A stretch of 55,075 nt of DNA from an uncultured Oscillospiraceae bacterium (GCA_964516625.1 CAZEXC010000001.1:1-55075), one strand, 5' to 3'. Numbered from the stretch's first letter, positions 26,701-36,453 are shown. A program made the numbers and translations. The notes: generated by a model from the sequence alone, not told the origin.

Positions 26701-27230
26701 CCGCGATGAGCGTACTGTCCCGCGCCCTCCACCTTGTCGGCGGGCTGATACCCCACGCGAAGAAGACTGTCCGTTATATCCTCCGGGGCTATGGTCTGCC
26801 CGGGACGGAGGGTAAAGCACGCCCGCTCCGCGGCGGACACGGGCATAGTCCTCTGCAAAAGCGCCGGCACGGCGCATACGGCGGCGCCGGTTCTCCCGGA
26901 GACCATATCGTCCAGCGCCCGAAGCCGGCGCTGCTCCGTCTGGCGCGACACGCTCTCCGTATCATAAAAGGTAAATTCCCGCCCGGGCAGGACGGCAACG
27001 TCCTCCTCCAGAAAGCAGCGCAGATCGGCGGCCATAGCCTCCGCCGCCGCGTCATCCGGCGCAAGGACAAAAAGGGGACGCCCGGTCTTCAGCCGCATGG
27101 CGGCGGCAAGGTGCGCCCTGTGCACGGGGCCGAGCCCGGACACCAGAGCAGGCAAAGCGCCCCCCTCCGCGGCGGCGGGGAGGGAGGACAGGCTTTTGTT
27201 TTCCAGAATCGCGAGAGTCAGAGTTTTCAC
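23697..27230 (-). CDS. mfd: Transcription-repair coupling factor
   Basis: 1177-aa ORF (GTG start) with helicase motifs GDVGYGKTEVA, DEEQRFGV and TATPIPRT, plus UvrB-homology and TRG regions. Confidence 0.95.
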   Translation of the reverse strand: MKTLTLAILENKSLSSLPAAAEGGALPALVSGLGPVHRAHLAAAMRLKTGRPLFVLAPDDAAAEAMAADLRCFLEEDVAVLPGREFTFYDTESVSRQTEQRRLRALDDMVSGRTGAAVCAVPALLQRTMPVSAAERACFTLRPGQTIAPEDITDSLLRVGYQPADKVEGAGQYAHRGGILDIWSAGSETPCRLDFFGDEIETIHAFDPSSQRRTEAVESLRILPGAETLPALSEGGRAALTGNLRALSSRINMNAARFDAKKLRRTIEKDAETLENTGALTAADRYMALIYPSVATAADYIPQNALVVMEQPGKCAERAKAFLKQAAEDIRLLVEGGTVPGRIAEFYISWEDAVGRLKDFPVIMADSFTIGRYPMEPRSTMAVTAKQLPSYAGSADAAAEDVKHWLGEGYRCVVLTGDARRGAAMEELLAARGISGAQFRQKPEALPEPGRCVISVGALSAGLEYPQIKLAVLTDTQIMKTGFRAARRKRAAPAGARLASYEDLSVGDLVVHENHGIGRFAGIFKMPVDGVEKDYVKICYAGTDSLYVPATQLDMVTKYIGAGQDSPVKLSRLGGSDWSNARRRAKAAAKEMAGELIGLYAARQKSPGHAFAPDSPWQREFEENFEYEETDDQLRCIREIKDDMEKPVPMDRLLCGDVGYGKTEVALRAVMKCVLDGYQAAILAPTTVLAQQHYQTAVSRFFGFPVKISILSRFTTAAGLKNTLAELQSGACDIVIGTHRLLQKDVKFKKLGLLVVDEEQRFGVSHKEHIKEMAKQVDVLTLSATPIPRTLNMALSGIRDMSTLEEPPRDRLPVQTFVMEHDWDVVCDAIRREVSRGGQVYYLHNRIDSIERTAAQILRLLPDVTVDVAHGRMDETELSSVMEKVSQGQTQVLVCTTIIETGIDIPNVNTLIIEDADRMGLAQLHQIRGRVGRSSRRASAYLTYRKDKVLTEVAEKRLEAIREFAQFNSGFRIAMRDLEIRGAGNLLGSEQSGHMIDVGYDMYLKLLEQAVLEEKGEAAPVRTECAADLAVSANIPETYIKSPEQRMDIYRRIALIRSEAEADDITDELCDRFGDPPPSVNALVQVALLRGEASAAGITDISQKGGFVRFAFSAFDFESVSALYAREEWKGRVKVEAGQKPAVALKLLSKRRILEEARAFVEAYAHVREENHKEENQ

Positions 27231-27355
27231 GTTTCATACCTCAGAAGGGCGATCTCCGAACGGAGACTCGCGCTTATCGTATATTGTAATTCAGCTTCCT
27301 GCCGGATGCAAGTGCTTCCTGCGTCAAAAAATTTTTGTTCCGGCGGTTTCTATGA

Positions 27356-27384
27356 TTGTAATTGGTGAAAGAAAATGGTATAAT
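27356..27384 (+). promoter_or_regulatory. Candidate dnaA promoter inside an AT-rich island
   Basis: TTGTAA-17 nt-TATAAT with an extended -10 (TGgTATAAT), 80 nt upstream of the dnaA ATG. Confidence 0.45.
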
Positions 27385-27464
27385 GAATTAGTTTGACTAT
27401 TATACAAATATAGAATCATTATTATATATTATAGAAAGAAACAGGACAGAAAGCAGGACGGATC

Positions 27465-28781
27465 ATGAACTCCCTCGACGATATATGGCAAAGCATCATC
27501 GACAAGCTCAGCCAGACGCTGACCCCCACGGCAATAAATACCTGGTTCTCCGACTGCCAGCCCGTGGAGCTCGGCGCGAAGCGGCTCGTCATCGCCACCT
27601 CCACGGACTTCAAACGGAATATCATCGCCCAGCGCTTCGAGCCCTCTATCCTGCAGGCGCTGTCCGACCTTTTCTCCTGCGACTTTGAGCTTACCATCCT
27701 CGTCGGCGACGAGGTCCTCGACTATCAGCGGGAGGACGTGACGAACGACACCCTCCCGGAAGCGAGGGATTATACCTTCGACCGCTTTATCGTAGGCTCC
27801 TCCAACAAATTCGCCCACGCCGCCGCCGTCGCCGTGGCGGAAAATCCCGGCGCGACGTATAACCCCCTGTTCATCTACGGGAGATCCGGCCTTGGAAAGA
27901 CCCATCTGCTTCTCGCCATAGGACAGGCCATCCGGGAGAAAAATCCCTCCGCCAAAATGGGCTATGTGAAGGGCGACGATTTCACGAACCAACTGGTAAA
28001 ATCCATCCGCGACAACACCCAGGAGGAGTTCAGGCTCCTCTATCGAAAGCTCGATCTTTTCCTCGTGGACGATATCCAGTTCATTGCCGGAAAGGACTCC
28101 ACTCAGGAGGAGTTTTTCCACACCTTCAACAGCATCTACGAGGCCGGCGGCCAGATCGTCATCACCTCCGACCGCCCCCCCGTCGAAATGGTCAAGCTGG
28201 AGGAGCGCCTGCGCACCCGGTTCGAGGGCGGCCTCATGGCGGATATCCAGCCGCCGGATCTGGAAACCCGCATAGCCATCATCCGCAACAAAAGCCAGCG
28301 TCTGGGGCTCGTGCTGCCGGACGATGTGGTGAATTACATCGCCGAGGCCATCACCGCCAACATCCGCCAGATAGAGGGCGTCGTTCACCAGCTCACCGCA
28401 AACCAGAACCTTTCCAACAAAACCATCTCCGTCGAAACCGCCAAGGAAGCCATAGACAAAGTGACCCGCACCGGCATATACATACCCACGCCCGAGGACA
28501 TCATCCGGGAAACGGGACGCTTCTTCGGCATCAGCGAGGACGAGATACGCGGCCAGCGCCGGTCAAAAAATACCGCTATGGCCCGTCAGGTAGCCATGTA
28601 CCTCATACGGACGCTGACGCACCTTCCCCTTGTTGACATCGGCGAACAGTTCGACCACCGCAACCACTCCACCGTCCTTTCCTCTACGCGCAAGGTGGAG
28701 GAGCTTCTGAAAAGCGATCCTTCAATGTCCGACACCATACGGGACATAACCGCCAACATAAACTCTCTCCACGACCGATGA
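27465..28781 (+). CDS. dnaA: Chromosomal replication initiator protein DnaA
   Basis: 438-aa ORF with N-terminus IWQSIIDKL...INTWF, AAA+ Walker A GRSGLGKTHLL and a C-terminal DnaA-box binding domain (NHSTVL). Confidence 0.96.
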   Translation: MNSLDDIWQSIIDKLSQTLTPTAINTWFSDCQPVELGAKRLVIATSTDFKRNIIAQRFEPSILQALSDLFSCDFELTILVGDEVLDYQREDVTNDTLPEARDYTFDRFIVGSSNKFAHAAAVAVAENPGATYNPLFIYGRSGLGKTHLLLAIGQAIREKNPSAKMGYVKGDDFTNQLVKSIRDNTQEEFRLLYRKLDLFLVDDIQFIAGKDSTQEEFFHTFNSIYEAGGQIVITSDRPPVEMVKLEERLRTRFEGGLMADIQPPDLETRIAIIRNKSQRLGLVLPDDVVNYIAEAITANIRQIEGVVHQLTANQNLSNKTISVETAKEAIDKVTRTGIYIPTPEDIIRETGRFFGISEDEIRGQRRSKNTAMARQVAMYLIRTLTHLPLVDIGEQFDHRNHSTVLSSTRKVEELLKSDPSMSDTIRDITANINSLHDR

Positions 28782-29015
28782 GCTTTTCATAAAAATCCCA
28801 AACAATGTAGAAAACGCCCCCGTCGAAAGCTGTTCATAACGAAAAGCTCTCTTTTCGGTGTTGAAAACAAAAAAATCTTTCAACACCCATCCCTTAAAAT
28901 TTTCTCCTTTTCTCTCAAGCCCTCCGCCCCTCTTTCCACAAAATAACATAACTACTTCTACCGCTGCTAAAATATATTCTTTCTATCTTTCTGTCTCACA
29001 CATTGGAGGAACATC

Positions 29016-30128
29016 ATGAAATTTTCCTGCGAAACATACCTCATAAGGCAGGCCGTGTCCATCGCTTCCCGCTGCACGGCGGCAAAAAGCCCCGTCCCGG
29101 CGCTGGAGGGTCTTCTGATCGAGGCCGATCAGGACGTGCGTATCACAGGCTATGACCTGAAAAAAGGCGTATACACGACCTTTCCGGCGGATGTGTCCGA
29201 TCCCGGTTCCATCATCCTGAACGCCAGACTGTTCGGAAACATCATCCAGAGCCTGCCCGACGGCATCGTCACCATAAACACAGAAGGGCTCACATGCTCC
29301 ATAACCTGCGGCGCGGCGGACTTCTCCCTCCTCGGCATGGACAGCGGCGAATATCCCGAGCTTCCCTCGGTGGACAGGCAGAACGCCGTCACCATACCGC
29401 AGAACACCCTGAGCAGGATGATACGCCAGACCATATTCGCCGTCAGCGACAACGAAAGCCGTCCGATATACACAGGATCGCTTTTTGAGATAAGCGGCGA
29501 TACCCTGACCATCGTGTCTGTGGACGGATACCGGCTGGCCATGAGAAAGGAAACGGTCGACAAGAACAATCTGGAGGACTGCTCCTTCATCGTGCCCGCC
29601 GGGGCGCTGAACGATGTGGAAAAGCTCTGCGGCGACACGGAGGACGGCGTGGATATCACCGTCGGGACAAAGCATATCTCCTTCTCCATCGGGGACACGG
29701 TGCTGGTGTCCCGGCGTCTCGAGGGAGAATTTCTGAATTACAGAAAGAGCGTGCCGACGGAATTTGCCGTGTCGTTCGAGGCGGACAGGGAAGAATTTAT
29801 GAAGGCGGTCAGCCGCGTGTCCCTCATCATAGACGAGAAAACGAAGATTCCGCTGCGTCTGTTCGTCTCCGCCGACCAGATCATCATACGGTGCGCTACG
29901 GCAATCGGGAAGGGAACGGACGGGTGCAGCGTGAAAAACACCTCCGACATGAGCCTTGTCATCGGCTTCAACAACCGCTACCTTCTCGACGCGCTGAAGG
30001 CCGCCCCCGCCGACACCGTCCGCATGGGCATGAATACCGCCTCCTCCCCCGGGGTCATCCTGCCGGCGGACGGCAGCGACAGCTTCGCGTATATGATTCT
30101 TCCCGTAAGGCTGCGGGACGACGGATGA
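29016..30128 (+). CDS. dnaN: DNA polymerase III beta sliding clamp
   Basis: 370-aa ORF (MKFSCETYLIRQAVSIA...) with three-domain clamp length, immediately after dnaA. Confidence 0.95.
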   Translation: MKFSCETYLIRQAVSIASRCTAAKSPVPALEGLLIEADQDVRITGYDLKKGVYTTFPADVSDPGSIILNARLFGNIIQSLPDGIVTINTEGLTCSITCGAADFSLLGMDSGEYPELPSVDRQNAVTIPQNTLSRMIRQTIFAVSDNESRPIYTGSLFEISGDTLTIVSVDGYRLAMRKETVDKNNLEDCSFIVPAGALNDVEKLCGDTEDGVDITVGTKHISFSIGDTVLVSRRLEGEFLNYRKSVPTEFAVSFEADREEFMKAVSRVSLIIDEKTKIPLRLFVSADQIIIRCATAIGKGTDGCSVKNTSDMSLVIGFNNRYLLDALKAAPADTVRMGMNTASSPGVILPADGSDSFAYMILPVRLRDDG

Positions 30129-31234
30129 GGATAGAAAGGCTTGCCCTTTCCGGGTTTCGGAATTACAGCGAGCAGGCCGTAGAGTTCGGTCCGGACGTAA
30201 ACGTCATATCCGGCCCGAACGCCCAAGGGAAAACAAATCTTCTGGAGGCGGTCTACCTCCTCACGGGAGCGCACAGCTTCCGCACGCGGTTCGACCGGGA
30301 GATGATAGGCTTCGACTGCGGGTGGGCGAGCATCCTCGCCGACGTGGATTCCGGCGGAAGGCAGCAGACCATCCGCCTGCTTCTTCGGAGAGGGCAGCGC
30401 CGCCTTGTGACGGTAAACGCGGTGAAAAAGACCTCCGCGGAGCTTTCCGGGGTGATGACCGCGGTGCTGTTTTCCCCCGACGACCTGTATCTTATAAAAG
30501 AAGGGGCGGCGGCCCGGCGGCGGCTGATGGACAGCGCCATTTGTCAGCTCCGCTCCGGCTACGCCGCGGCGCTGTCGGACTTCAACAGGCTCTATAATAA
30601 CAAAACGAGGATTCTCCGGGACTGGCGCGAAAAACCGAGCCTTCTCGATACGCTCGACGAGTTTTCCGACGGACTTGCGCGCTGCTCCGCCCGCATCATA
30701 CGATACAGAGCGTCTTTTGTGCAGCGGCTGCAAAGCGCGGCCGCGCCTATACACCGGGACTTTTCCGGCGGCGGGGAGGAGCTTTCCCTCGTTTACACGA
30801 CCGTGAGCACGGTGACAGACCCTCTCGCCCCGGCGCAGGAGATATATTATCAGATCTGCGACCATCAGGAAAAGCACCGGCAGGCGGAGCTGGACGCCGG
30901 TCAGTGCCTCACCGGGGCGCATAAGGACGATATAGAGATATCCATAAACGGCGCGGCGGCCCGCAGCTTTGCCTCTCAGGGACAGACGCGGACGGCGGCG
31001 CTGAGCATAAAGCTGGCCGAGCGGGAGATATTCCGCGCGGAGACGGGGGAATACCCCGTGCTGCTGCTGGACGACGTGCTCTCGGAGCTTGACAGCGTAA
31101 GGCAGGAATTTGTCCTGAACCGCATCGGCGGCGGTCAGACGCTCATCACCTGCTGCGAGGACGAAACCATACGCCGCCGCACGGGAGGCAGGGTATTTAC
31201 CGTCAGCGGCGGCGCCATCCGGCGGGAGGAATAG
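30125..31234 (+). CDS. recF: DNA replication and repair protein RecF
   Basis: The ORF-track entry 29891..31234 was trimmed to MRIERLALSGFRNY with Walker A GPNAQGKTNLLEA (369 aa). ATGA overlaps the dnaN stop. Confidence 0.93.
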   Translation: MRIERLALSGFRNYSEQAVEFGPDVNVISGPNAQGKTNLLEAVYLLTGAHSFRTRFDREMIGFDCGWASILADVDSGGRQQTIRLLLRRGQRRLVTVNAVKKTSAELSGVMTAVLFSPDDLYLIKEGAAARRRLMDSAICQLRSGYAAALSDFNRLYNNKTRILRDWREKPSLLDTLDEFSDGLARCSARIIRYRASFVQRLQSAAAPIHRDFSGGGEELSLVYTTVSTVTDPLAPAQEIYYQICDHQEKHRQAELDAGQCLTGAHKDDIEISINGAAARSFASQGQTRTAALSIKLAEREIFRAETGEYPVLLLDDVLSELDSVRQEFVLNRIGGGQTLITCCEDETIRRRTGGRVFTVSGGAIRREE

Positions 31235-31237
31235 AAC

Positions 31238-31495
31238 GTGTATCTTTATCTTGGCGGCGGCTCCGTCATAGAGGAAAGAGACATCGTGGGCGTGTTCGAC
31301 CTTGACAACACCTCCTGGTCGCGGCACACGCGGAGATTTCTTTCCATGGCGGAAAAAGACGGACTGCTGGAAAACGCAGCGCCCGACATACCGAGATCCT
31401 TCGTGGTATCCAAGGGCGGGAACATCATATTGACACAGCCGAACACGGCGACGCTCGCCCGGCGGCTGAACGAGCAGGAGAAAATAAATGTCTGA
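31238..31495 (+). CDS. remB: DUF370 protein (RemB/YaaB-like)
   Basis: 85-aa ORF (GTG start); [22 protein letters not shown] resembles B. subtilis YaaB/RemB. It keeps the conserved recF-gyrB position. Confidence 0.8.
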   Translation: MYLYLGGGSVIEERDIVGVFDLDNTSWSRHTRRFLSMAEKDGLLENAAPDIPRSFVVSKGGNIILTQPNTATLARRLNEQEKINV

Positions 31496-33419
31496 GCTGA
31501 ACGAAAAGGTAACGCAGGAATATGACGCATCGAAGATCCAGGTGCTGGAGGGGCTTGAAGCCGTCCGTATGCGTCCGGGCATGTATATCGGGTCTACCTC
31601 GTCCTCGGGACTGCACCATCTTGTTTACGAGATCGTGGATAACGCCATCGACGAGGCGCTGGCCGGGTACTGCAACCATATCGAGGTCGTCATCGAGGAC
31701 GGCGACGTGATTAAAGTGACCGACAATGGCCGCGGCATTCCCGTGGATATCCAGGAACAGACGGGAAAGCCCGCGCTGGAGGTCGTTTACACCGTCCTCC
31801 ACGCCGGAGGAAAATTCGGCGCCGGCGGCTATAAGGTCTCCGGCGGTCTCCACGGCGTGGGCGCTTCCGTCGTGAACGCCCTGTCCGACTGGTTGGAGGT
31901 AGACGTCCACAAAAACGGGAAAATATACCACATGGAATTTTCCCGGGGCGAAAAGACGAAGGACATGACCGTCATCGGAACGACCGATCATACGGGCACG
32001 ACGGTGCGCTTCCATCCCGACCCGGAGATGTTCGACGACACGGAATATGATTATGAAACGCTCCACCTCCGTATGCGGGAGCAGGCGTTTCTGAACGCGG
32101 GTCTTCGCATCTCCACAAAGGACGAGCGCCCCGGCAGGGAGGCCTTCGACGAGATGTTCTATGAGGGGGGCATACGGGAATTTGTCTCCTTCATCAACAG
32201 GAACAAGACCCCCATCCACGAGCAGGTCGTTTATATGCAGGGCGACCGCGCCGACGCCACGGCGGAGATCGCCATCCAGTGGAACGACGGATACAACGAA
32301 AACCTCGTGTCCTTTGCCAACAATATCCACACCCCGGAGGGCGGTATGCACGAGACGGGCTTCAAAACCGCGCTCACCCGGGTTTTGAACGCATACGGCC
32401 ACAAAGCAAAGCTTTTGAAGGACGAGGAATCCCTCTCCGGCGAGGATGTCCGCGAGGGCATAACCGCCGTTATCTCCGTAAAGCTTACGAATCCCCAGTT
32501 CGAGGGCCAGACGAAGGCAAAGCTCGGCAACTCCGAGATGCGAACTCTTGTCGATACCGTCGTCAGCAGCAGGCTCGACCAGTTTTTGGAGGAAAACCCC
32601 GCTGTCGGGAAGGCCATTCTGGATAAGGCCATGACAGCCTCCCGCGCCAGAGAAGCGGCCCGCAAGGCCCGGGAGAGCGTGCGCCGCAAGACGGGCCTCG
32701 AATCCGGCCAGATGCCCGAAAAATTAAAAGACTGCAACGAGCGCGATCCGGCGCTGTGCGAGATATACATCGTGGAGGGCGACTCCGCCGCGGGTTCGGC
32801 AAACCAGGGGCGGGACAGCCGCTTTCAGGCGACGCTTTCCATGTGGGGCAAAATGCTCAACGTCGAAAAGGCCCGGGCCGACAAGATATACGGAAACGAC
32901 AAGCTCTACCCCATGATCGTGGCGCTGGGCGCCGGGATCGGCCCGGAATTTAATATCGACAAGCTCCGCTATCACAAGATCATCATCATGGCCGATGCGG
33001 ACGTGGACGGCTCCCATATCCGTACGCTCCTGCTGACATTCTTCTTCCGCTATATGAGGCCGCTCATCGAAAAAGGCTATGTCTATTCCGCTGTCCCGCC
33101 GCTGTATAAGCTCACGAGGGGCAAGACCCAGCGGGTGGCCTATTCCGACGAGGAGCGGGACGCCATCTCCGCCGAGCTGCGGGGCGGCAATGACAACGTG
33201 AAGATCGACATAAGCCGCTTCAAGGGCTTGGGCGAGATGAACGCCGAGGAGCTTTGGGAAACCACCATGAACCCGGAGACGAGAACGCTCCGGCGCATTA
33301 CGCTGGACGACGCGGTAAAGGCGGATGAGGTATTCACCATCCTCATGGGCGAGGAAGTCGAGCCGCGCAAGCAGTGGATAGAGACGAACGCGAAATACGT
33401 CGTCAATCTGGACATTTAA
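31488..33419 (+). CDS. gyrB: DNA gyrase subunit B
   Basis: 643-aa ORF with GHKL ATPase motifs ([25 protein letters not shown]), the Toprim EGDSAG motif and a PLRGK-type region. Confidence 0.96.
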   Translation: MSELNEKVTQEYDASKIQVLEGLEAVRMRPGMYIGSTSSSGLHHLVYEIVDNAIDEALAGYCNHIEVVIEDGDVIKVTDNGRGIPVDIQEQTGKPALEVVYTVLHAGGKFGAGGYKVSGGLHGVGASVVNALSDWLEVDVHKNGKIYHMEFSRGEKTKDMTVIGTTDHTGTTVRFHPDPEMFDDTEYDYETLHLRMREQAFLNAGLRISTKDERPGREAFDEMFYEGGIREFVSFINRNKTPIHEQVVYMQGDRADATAEIAIQWNDGYNENLVSFANNIHTPEGGMHETGFKTALTRVLNAYGHKAKLLKDEESLSGEDVREGITAVISVKLTNPQFEGQTKAKLGNSEMRTLVDTVVSSRLDQFLEENPAVGKAILDKAMTASRAREAARKARESVRRKTGLESGQMPEKLKDCNERDPALCEIYIVEGDSAAGSANQGRDSRFQATLSMWGKMLNVEKARADKIYGNDKLYPMIVALGAGIGPEFNIDKLRYHKIIIMADADVDGSHIRTLLLTFFFRYMRPLIEKGYVYSAVPPLYKLTRGKTQRVAYSDEERDAISAELRGGNDNVKIDISRFKGLGEMNAEELWETTMNPETRTLRRITLDDAVKADEVFTILMGEEVEPRKQWIETNAKYVVNLDI

Positions 33420-33434
33420 GGAGGCGACGGAAAC

Positions 33435-35948
33435 GTGGCGCACAACAGAGATTATAAGCCGGAGGATATTGCTTTCCCCGAGCAGCATATAGAAGAAAGC
33501 GAGCTTGTCCGCGAGATGCAGTCAAGCTATATAGACTATGCCATGTCCGTCATTGTGGGGCGCGCCCTGCCGGACGTGCGCGACGGCCTGAAGCCCGTCC
33601 ATCGCCGCATCCTTTACGCCATGTACGAGGACGGTTTGACGCGGGACAAGCCCTTCCGCAAATGCGCGACCGCCGTCGGCACCGTGCTTGGCCGTTACCA
33701 TCCCCACGGCGATGCGTCGGTATACGACGCGCTCGTACGTCTGGCGCAGGATTTCTCCCTCCGCTACCCCCTCATCGAGGGACACGGCAACTTCGGCTCC
33801 GTGGACGGCGACCCCCCGGCAGCCTACCGTTATACCGAGGCGCGCATGGCGAAAATGGCCGAGGAAATGCTTCGGGACATCGAAAAGGATACGGTGGACT
33901 GGGATCCGAACTTCGACGAAACGCGAAAAGAGCCCCGGGTCCTGCCGAGCCGCTTTCCGAACCTTCTTGTAAACGGCTCGAGCGGCATCGCCGTCGGTAT
34001 GGCGACGAATATCCCGCCCCATAACCTGACGGAGGTCATAAACGCCGCCATATGCGTTTTGGATAACCCGGACGCGCAGCTTGAGGATCTCATGCAGCAC
34101 ATAAAGGGGCCGGATTTTCCGACAAAGGGCATCATCATGGGCCGCAGCGGGATCCGTCAGGCCTATGCCACCGGCCGGGGCCGCGTGACAGTCCGCGCCC
34201 GTGCGGAATTTGAGGAATACGGCAGGGATCACCGCACGCGCATCGTCGTGACGGAGCTTCCCTATCAGGTCAACAAGCGCGCCCTTGTGGCGGCCATCGC
34301 CGAGCAGGTGCGCGACAAGCGCATCGAGGGCATATCCGATCTCCGGGACGAATCCGACCGGAACGGTATGCGTATCGTCATCGAGCTCAAGCGCGACGCG
34401 AACGGGCAGGTCGTCCTGAACCGGCTCCTGAAGCAGACCCAGATGCAGATCACCTTCTCCATCAATATGCTGGCGCTGGTGGAGAACCAGACCCAGCCCA
34501 AAATCCTGTCCCTGCGCCATATGCTCGACGAGTATCTGGCCTTTCAGGAGGAGATCATCGAGCGGCGGACGAGATACGACCTCCGCAAGGCGCGGGAGCG
34601 CGCCCATCTGCTGGAGGGGCTCCTCATCGCGCAGGACAACATCGACGAGGTCATAAAGATCATCCGCGAAAGCTACGACAACGCCAAAGAAAACCTTATG
34701 GCGCGCTTCGGGCTGGACGAGGTGCAGGCGCAGGCCATCTGCGATATGCGCCTTATCTCCCTGCAGGGGCTGAACCGCGAAAAGCTTCAGGCCGAATATG
34801 ACGAGATCCAGAAAAAGATTGCCCGGTATCTGGAGCTGCTGGACGACCCGGAAAAGCTCAAGGGCGTCCTGAAGGAGGAGCTTGCCGCTATCCGCGACAA
34901 ATACGGCGACGGGCGCAAAACGGAGATACAGGACGTATTCGACGAGATAGATGTAGAAGACCTCATCCCGGAGGAGGAGTGCGTCTATACCATGACGGGC
35001 AACGGATACATCAAGCGCCTGCCCGCCAGCGAGTACCGCAGCCAGAACCGGGGCGGCCGCGGCGTACGCGCCATGGCGACCCGGGAGGAGGATTATGTGG
35101 AGACGGTGTTCACCGCCTCGAGCCACGACTATATCCTGTTTTTCACCTCCGCCGGACGGGTCTACAGGAAAAAGGGCTACCAGATCCCGGAGACGGGCCG
35201 CGCCTCCCGGGGCGCGCCTATCGTGAACTTCGTGCCGCTGGAGCCGGAGGAACGGGTGCAGGTCATGCTCCATGTCCGGGAAATCGACGACCGGCGGTAT
35301 ATTTTCTTTGCCACGGAAAACGGCACGGTCAAGCGTATGCGGCTCGACGAGCTGAAAAATATCCGCAGCAGCGGCATTCGGGCCCTGACGCTGGACGAGG
35401 GCGACCGGCTCATCTCCGTAAGCCTCACCGACGGCGGGGACAAGATACTCATGGCCACGGCCCGCGGTATGGCCATCTGCTTTGAAGAAACGGACGTCAG
35501 GGCCATGGGCCGGACGGCCATGGGCGTGCGGGGCATAAAGCTCCGGGCAGGCGACCGGGTCGTCGGCGCGAGCCGCGCTGTCGCCGGGCGCACGGTGCTG
35601 TCCGTTACCGAAAACGGATTCGGAAAGCGCACGGCGGTGGAGGAATATTTGCGCGGCGACGCGGTACAGAAGCGCGGCGGCTTCGGCATGAAAAACTATA
35701 CTGTCACCGAAAAGACCGGCGCCGTGGCGGACATGAAGATCGTCACCGGCGAGGAGGATCTTCTCATCGTCTCGAACGACGGCACCATGATCCGCACAGA
35801 CGTGGGCTCCGTGTCCATATACGGCCGCGCGGCGCAGGGCGTGCGCGTCATGCGCCCGGCAGAGGGCAGCCGCGTCATCTCCGCAGCCTGCACGGAAAAG
35901 GCGGAGCAGGAGGACGAACCCGGCGACGAGAGCCGGAGCGGGGAATGA
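33435..35948 (+). CDS. gyrA: DNA gyrase subunit A
   Basis: 837-aa ORF (GTG start) with the AMSVIVGRALPDVRDGLKPVHRR and HPHGD blocks, the active-site Tyr region AAYRYTEAR and a C-terminal beta-pinwheel. Confidence 0.96.
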   Translation: MAHNRDYKPEDIAFPEQHIEESELVREMQSSYIDYAMSVIVGRALPDVRDGLKPVHRRILYAMYEDGLTRDKPFRKCATAVGTVLGRYHPHGDASVYDALVRLAQDFSLRYPLIEGHGNFGSVDGDPPAAYRYTEARMAKMAEEMLRDIEKDTVDWDPNFDETRKEPRVLPSRFPNLLVNGSSGIAVGMATNIPPHNLTEVINAAICVLDNPDAQLEDLMQHIKGPDFPTKGIIMGRSGIRQAYATGRGRVTVRARAEFEEYGRDHRTRIVVTELPYQVNKRALVAAIAEQVRDKRIEGISDLRDESDRNGMRIVIELKRDANGQVVLNRLLKQTQMQITFSINMLALVENQTQPKILSLRHMLDEYLAFQEEIIERRTRYDLRKARERAHLLEGLLIAQDNIDEVIKIIRESYDNAKENLMARFGLDEVQAQAICDMRLISLQGLNREKLQAEYDEIQKKIARYLELLDDPEKLKGVLKEELAAIRDKYGDGRKTEIQDVFDEIDVEDLIPEEECVYTMTGNGYIKRLPASEYRSQNRGGRGVRAMATREEDYVETVFTASSHDYILFFTSAGRVYRKKGYQIPETGRASRGAPIVNFVPLEPEERVQVMLHVREIDDRRYIFFATENGTVKRMRLDELKNIRSSGIRALTLDEGDRLISVSLTDGGDKILMATARGMAICFEETDVRAMGRTAMGVRGIKLRAGDRVVGASRAVAGRTVLSVTENGFGKRTAVEEYLRGDAVQKRGGFGMKNYTVTEKTGAVADMKIVTGEEDLLIVSNDGTMIRTDVGSVSIYGRAAQGVRVMRPAEGSRVISAACTEKAEQEDEPGDESRSGE

Positions 35949-36379
35949 AGGACGTGATCGTTTACACCGACGGGGCCTGCTCGGGAAATCCCGGCCCCGG
36001 CGGCTGGGCGGCCGTGCTGTCCTATAAAGACAGGGAAAAGGAGATCTCCGGCGGCGAGAGGGAAACGACCAACAACCGCATGGAGCTGACCGCCGTTATC
36101 CGGGCGCTGGAATGTCTTAAGGAGCCGTGCGCCGTGACGGTGTACACCGACAGCCAGTATATTTCCCGGGCAATCACCGAGGGCTGGCTGAAAAAGTGGA
36201 AGGCGGCGGGCTTCACCAAAAAGGGCGGACTGAAAAACGCCGAGCTGTGGCGCGAGCTGGACGGCCTTTTGCAGACCCATCAGGTAACGTTCCGATGGGT
36301 GAAGGGTCACGCCGGGAACGGATACAACGACCGCTGCGACCGTCTCGCCGTCAGCGAACGGGAAAAATTTGCGGAATAA
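35945..36379 (+). CDS. rnhA: Ribonuclease HI
   Basis: 144-aa ORF with the VYTDGACSGNPGPGGWA and TNNRMEL motifs. ATGA overlaps the gyrA stop. Confidence 0.9.
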   Translation: MKDVIVYTDGACSGNPGPGGWAAVLSYKDREKEISGGERETTNNRMELTAVIRALECLKEPCAVTVYTDSQYISRAITEGWLKKWKAAGFTKKGGLKNAELWRELDGLLQTHQVTFRWVKGHAGNGYNDRCDRLAVSEREKFAE

Positions 36380-36385
36380 AAAAAC

Positions 36386-36420
36386 GGGGACTGCCGGAGC
36401 TTCGCGGCAGTCCCTTATTT
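36386..36420. terminator. Bidirectional intrinsic terminator between rnhA and ilvE
   Basis: 10-bp stem GGGACTGCCG...CGGCAGTCCC, followed by TTATTTATATT on the plus strand and GTTTTTTTATT on the minus strand. Confidence 0.8.
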
Positions 36421-36453
36421 ATATTATATTGAGAAAATGAGCGGCTCCGCGCC

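Noticed and set aside
24249-27368. 1039-aa ORF on the plus strand, antisense to mfd. Similar long antisense ORFs lie opposite almost every real gene, for example 8527..9894, 33522..35273, 37603..39855, 43015..44817, 46188..48464 and 48568..50061.
   Set aside because: These ORFs are in exact codon register with the sense gene; for mfd both use triplets starting at coordinates divisible by 3. A stop in them would therefore require the sense codons TTA, CTA or TCA, which are rare in this GC-rich genome. Their translations are Arg/Gly/Ala/Pro-rich low-complexity sequence with no motifs, while the opposite strand encodes unmistakable conserved proteins. They are classic shadow ORFs.
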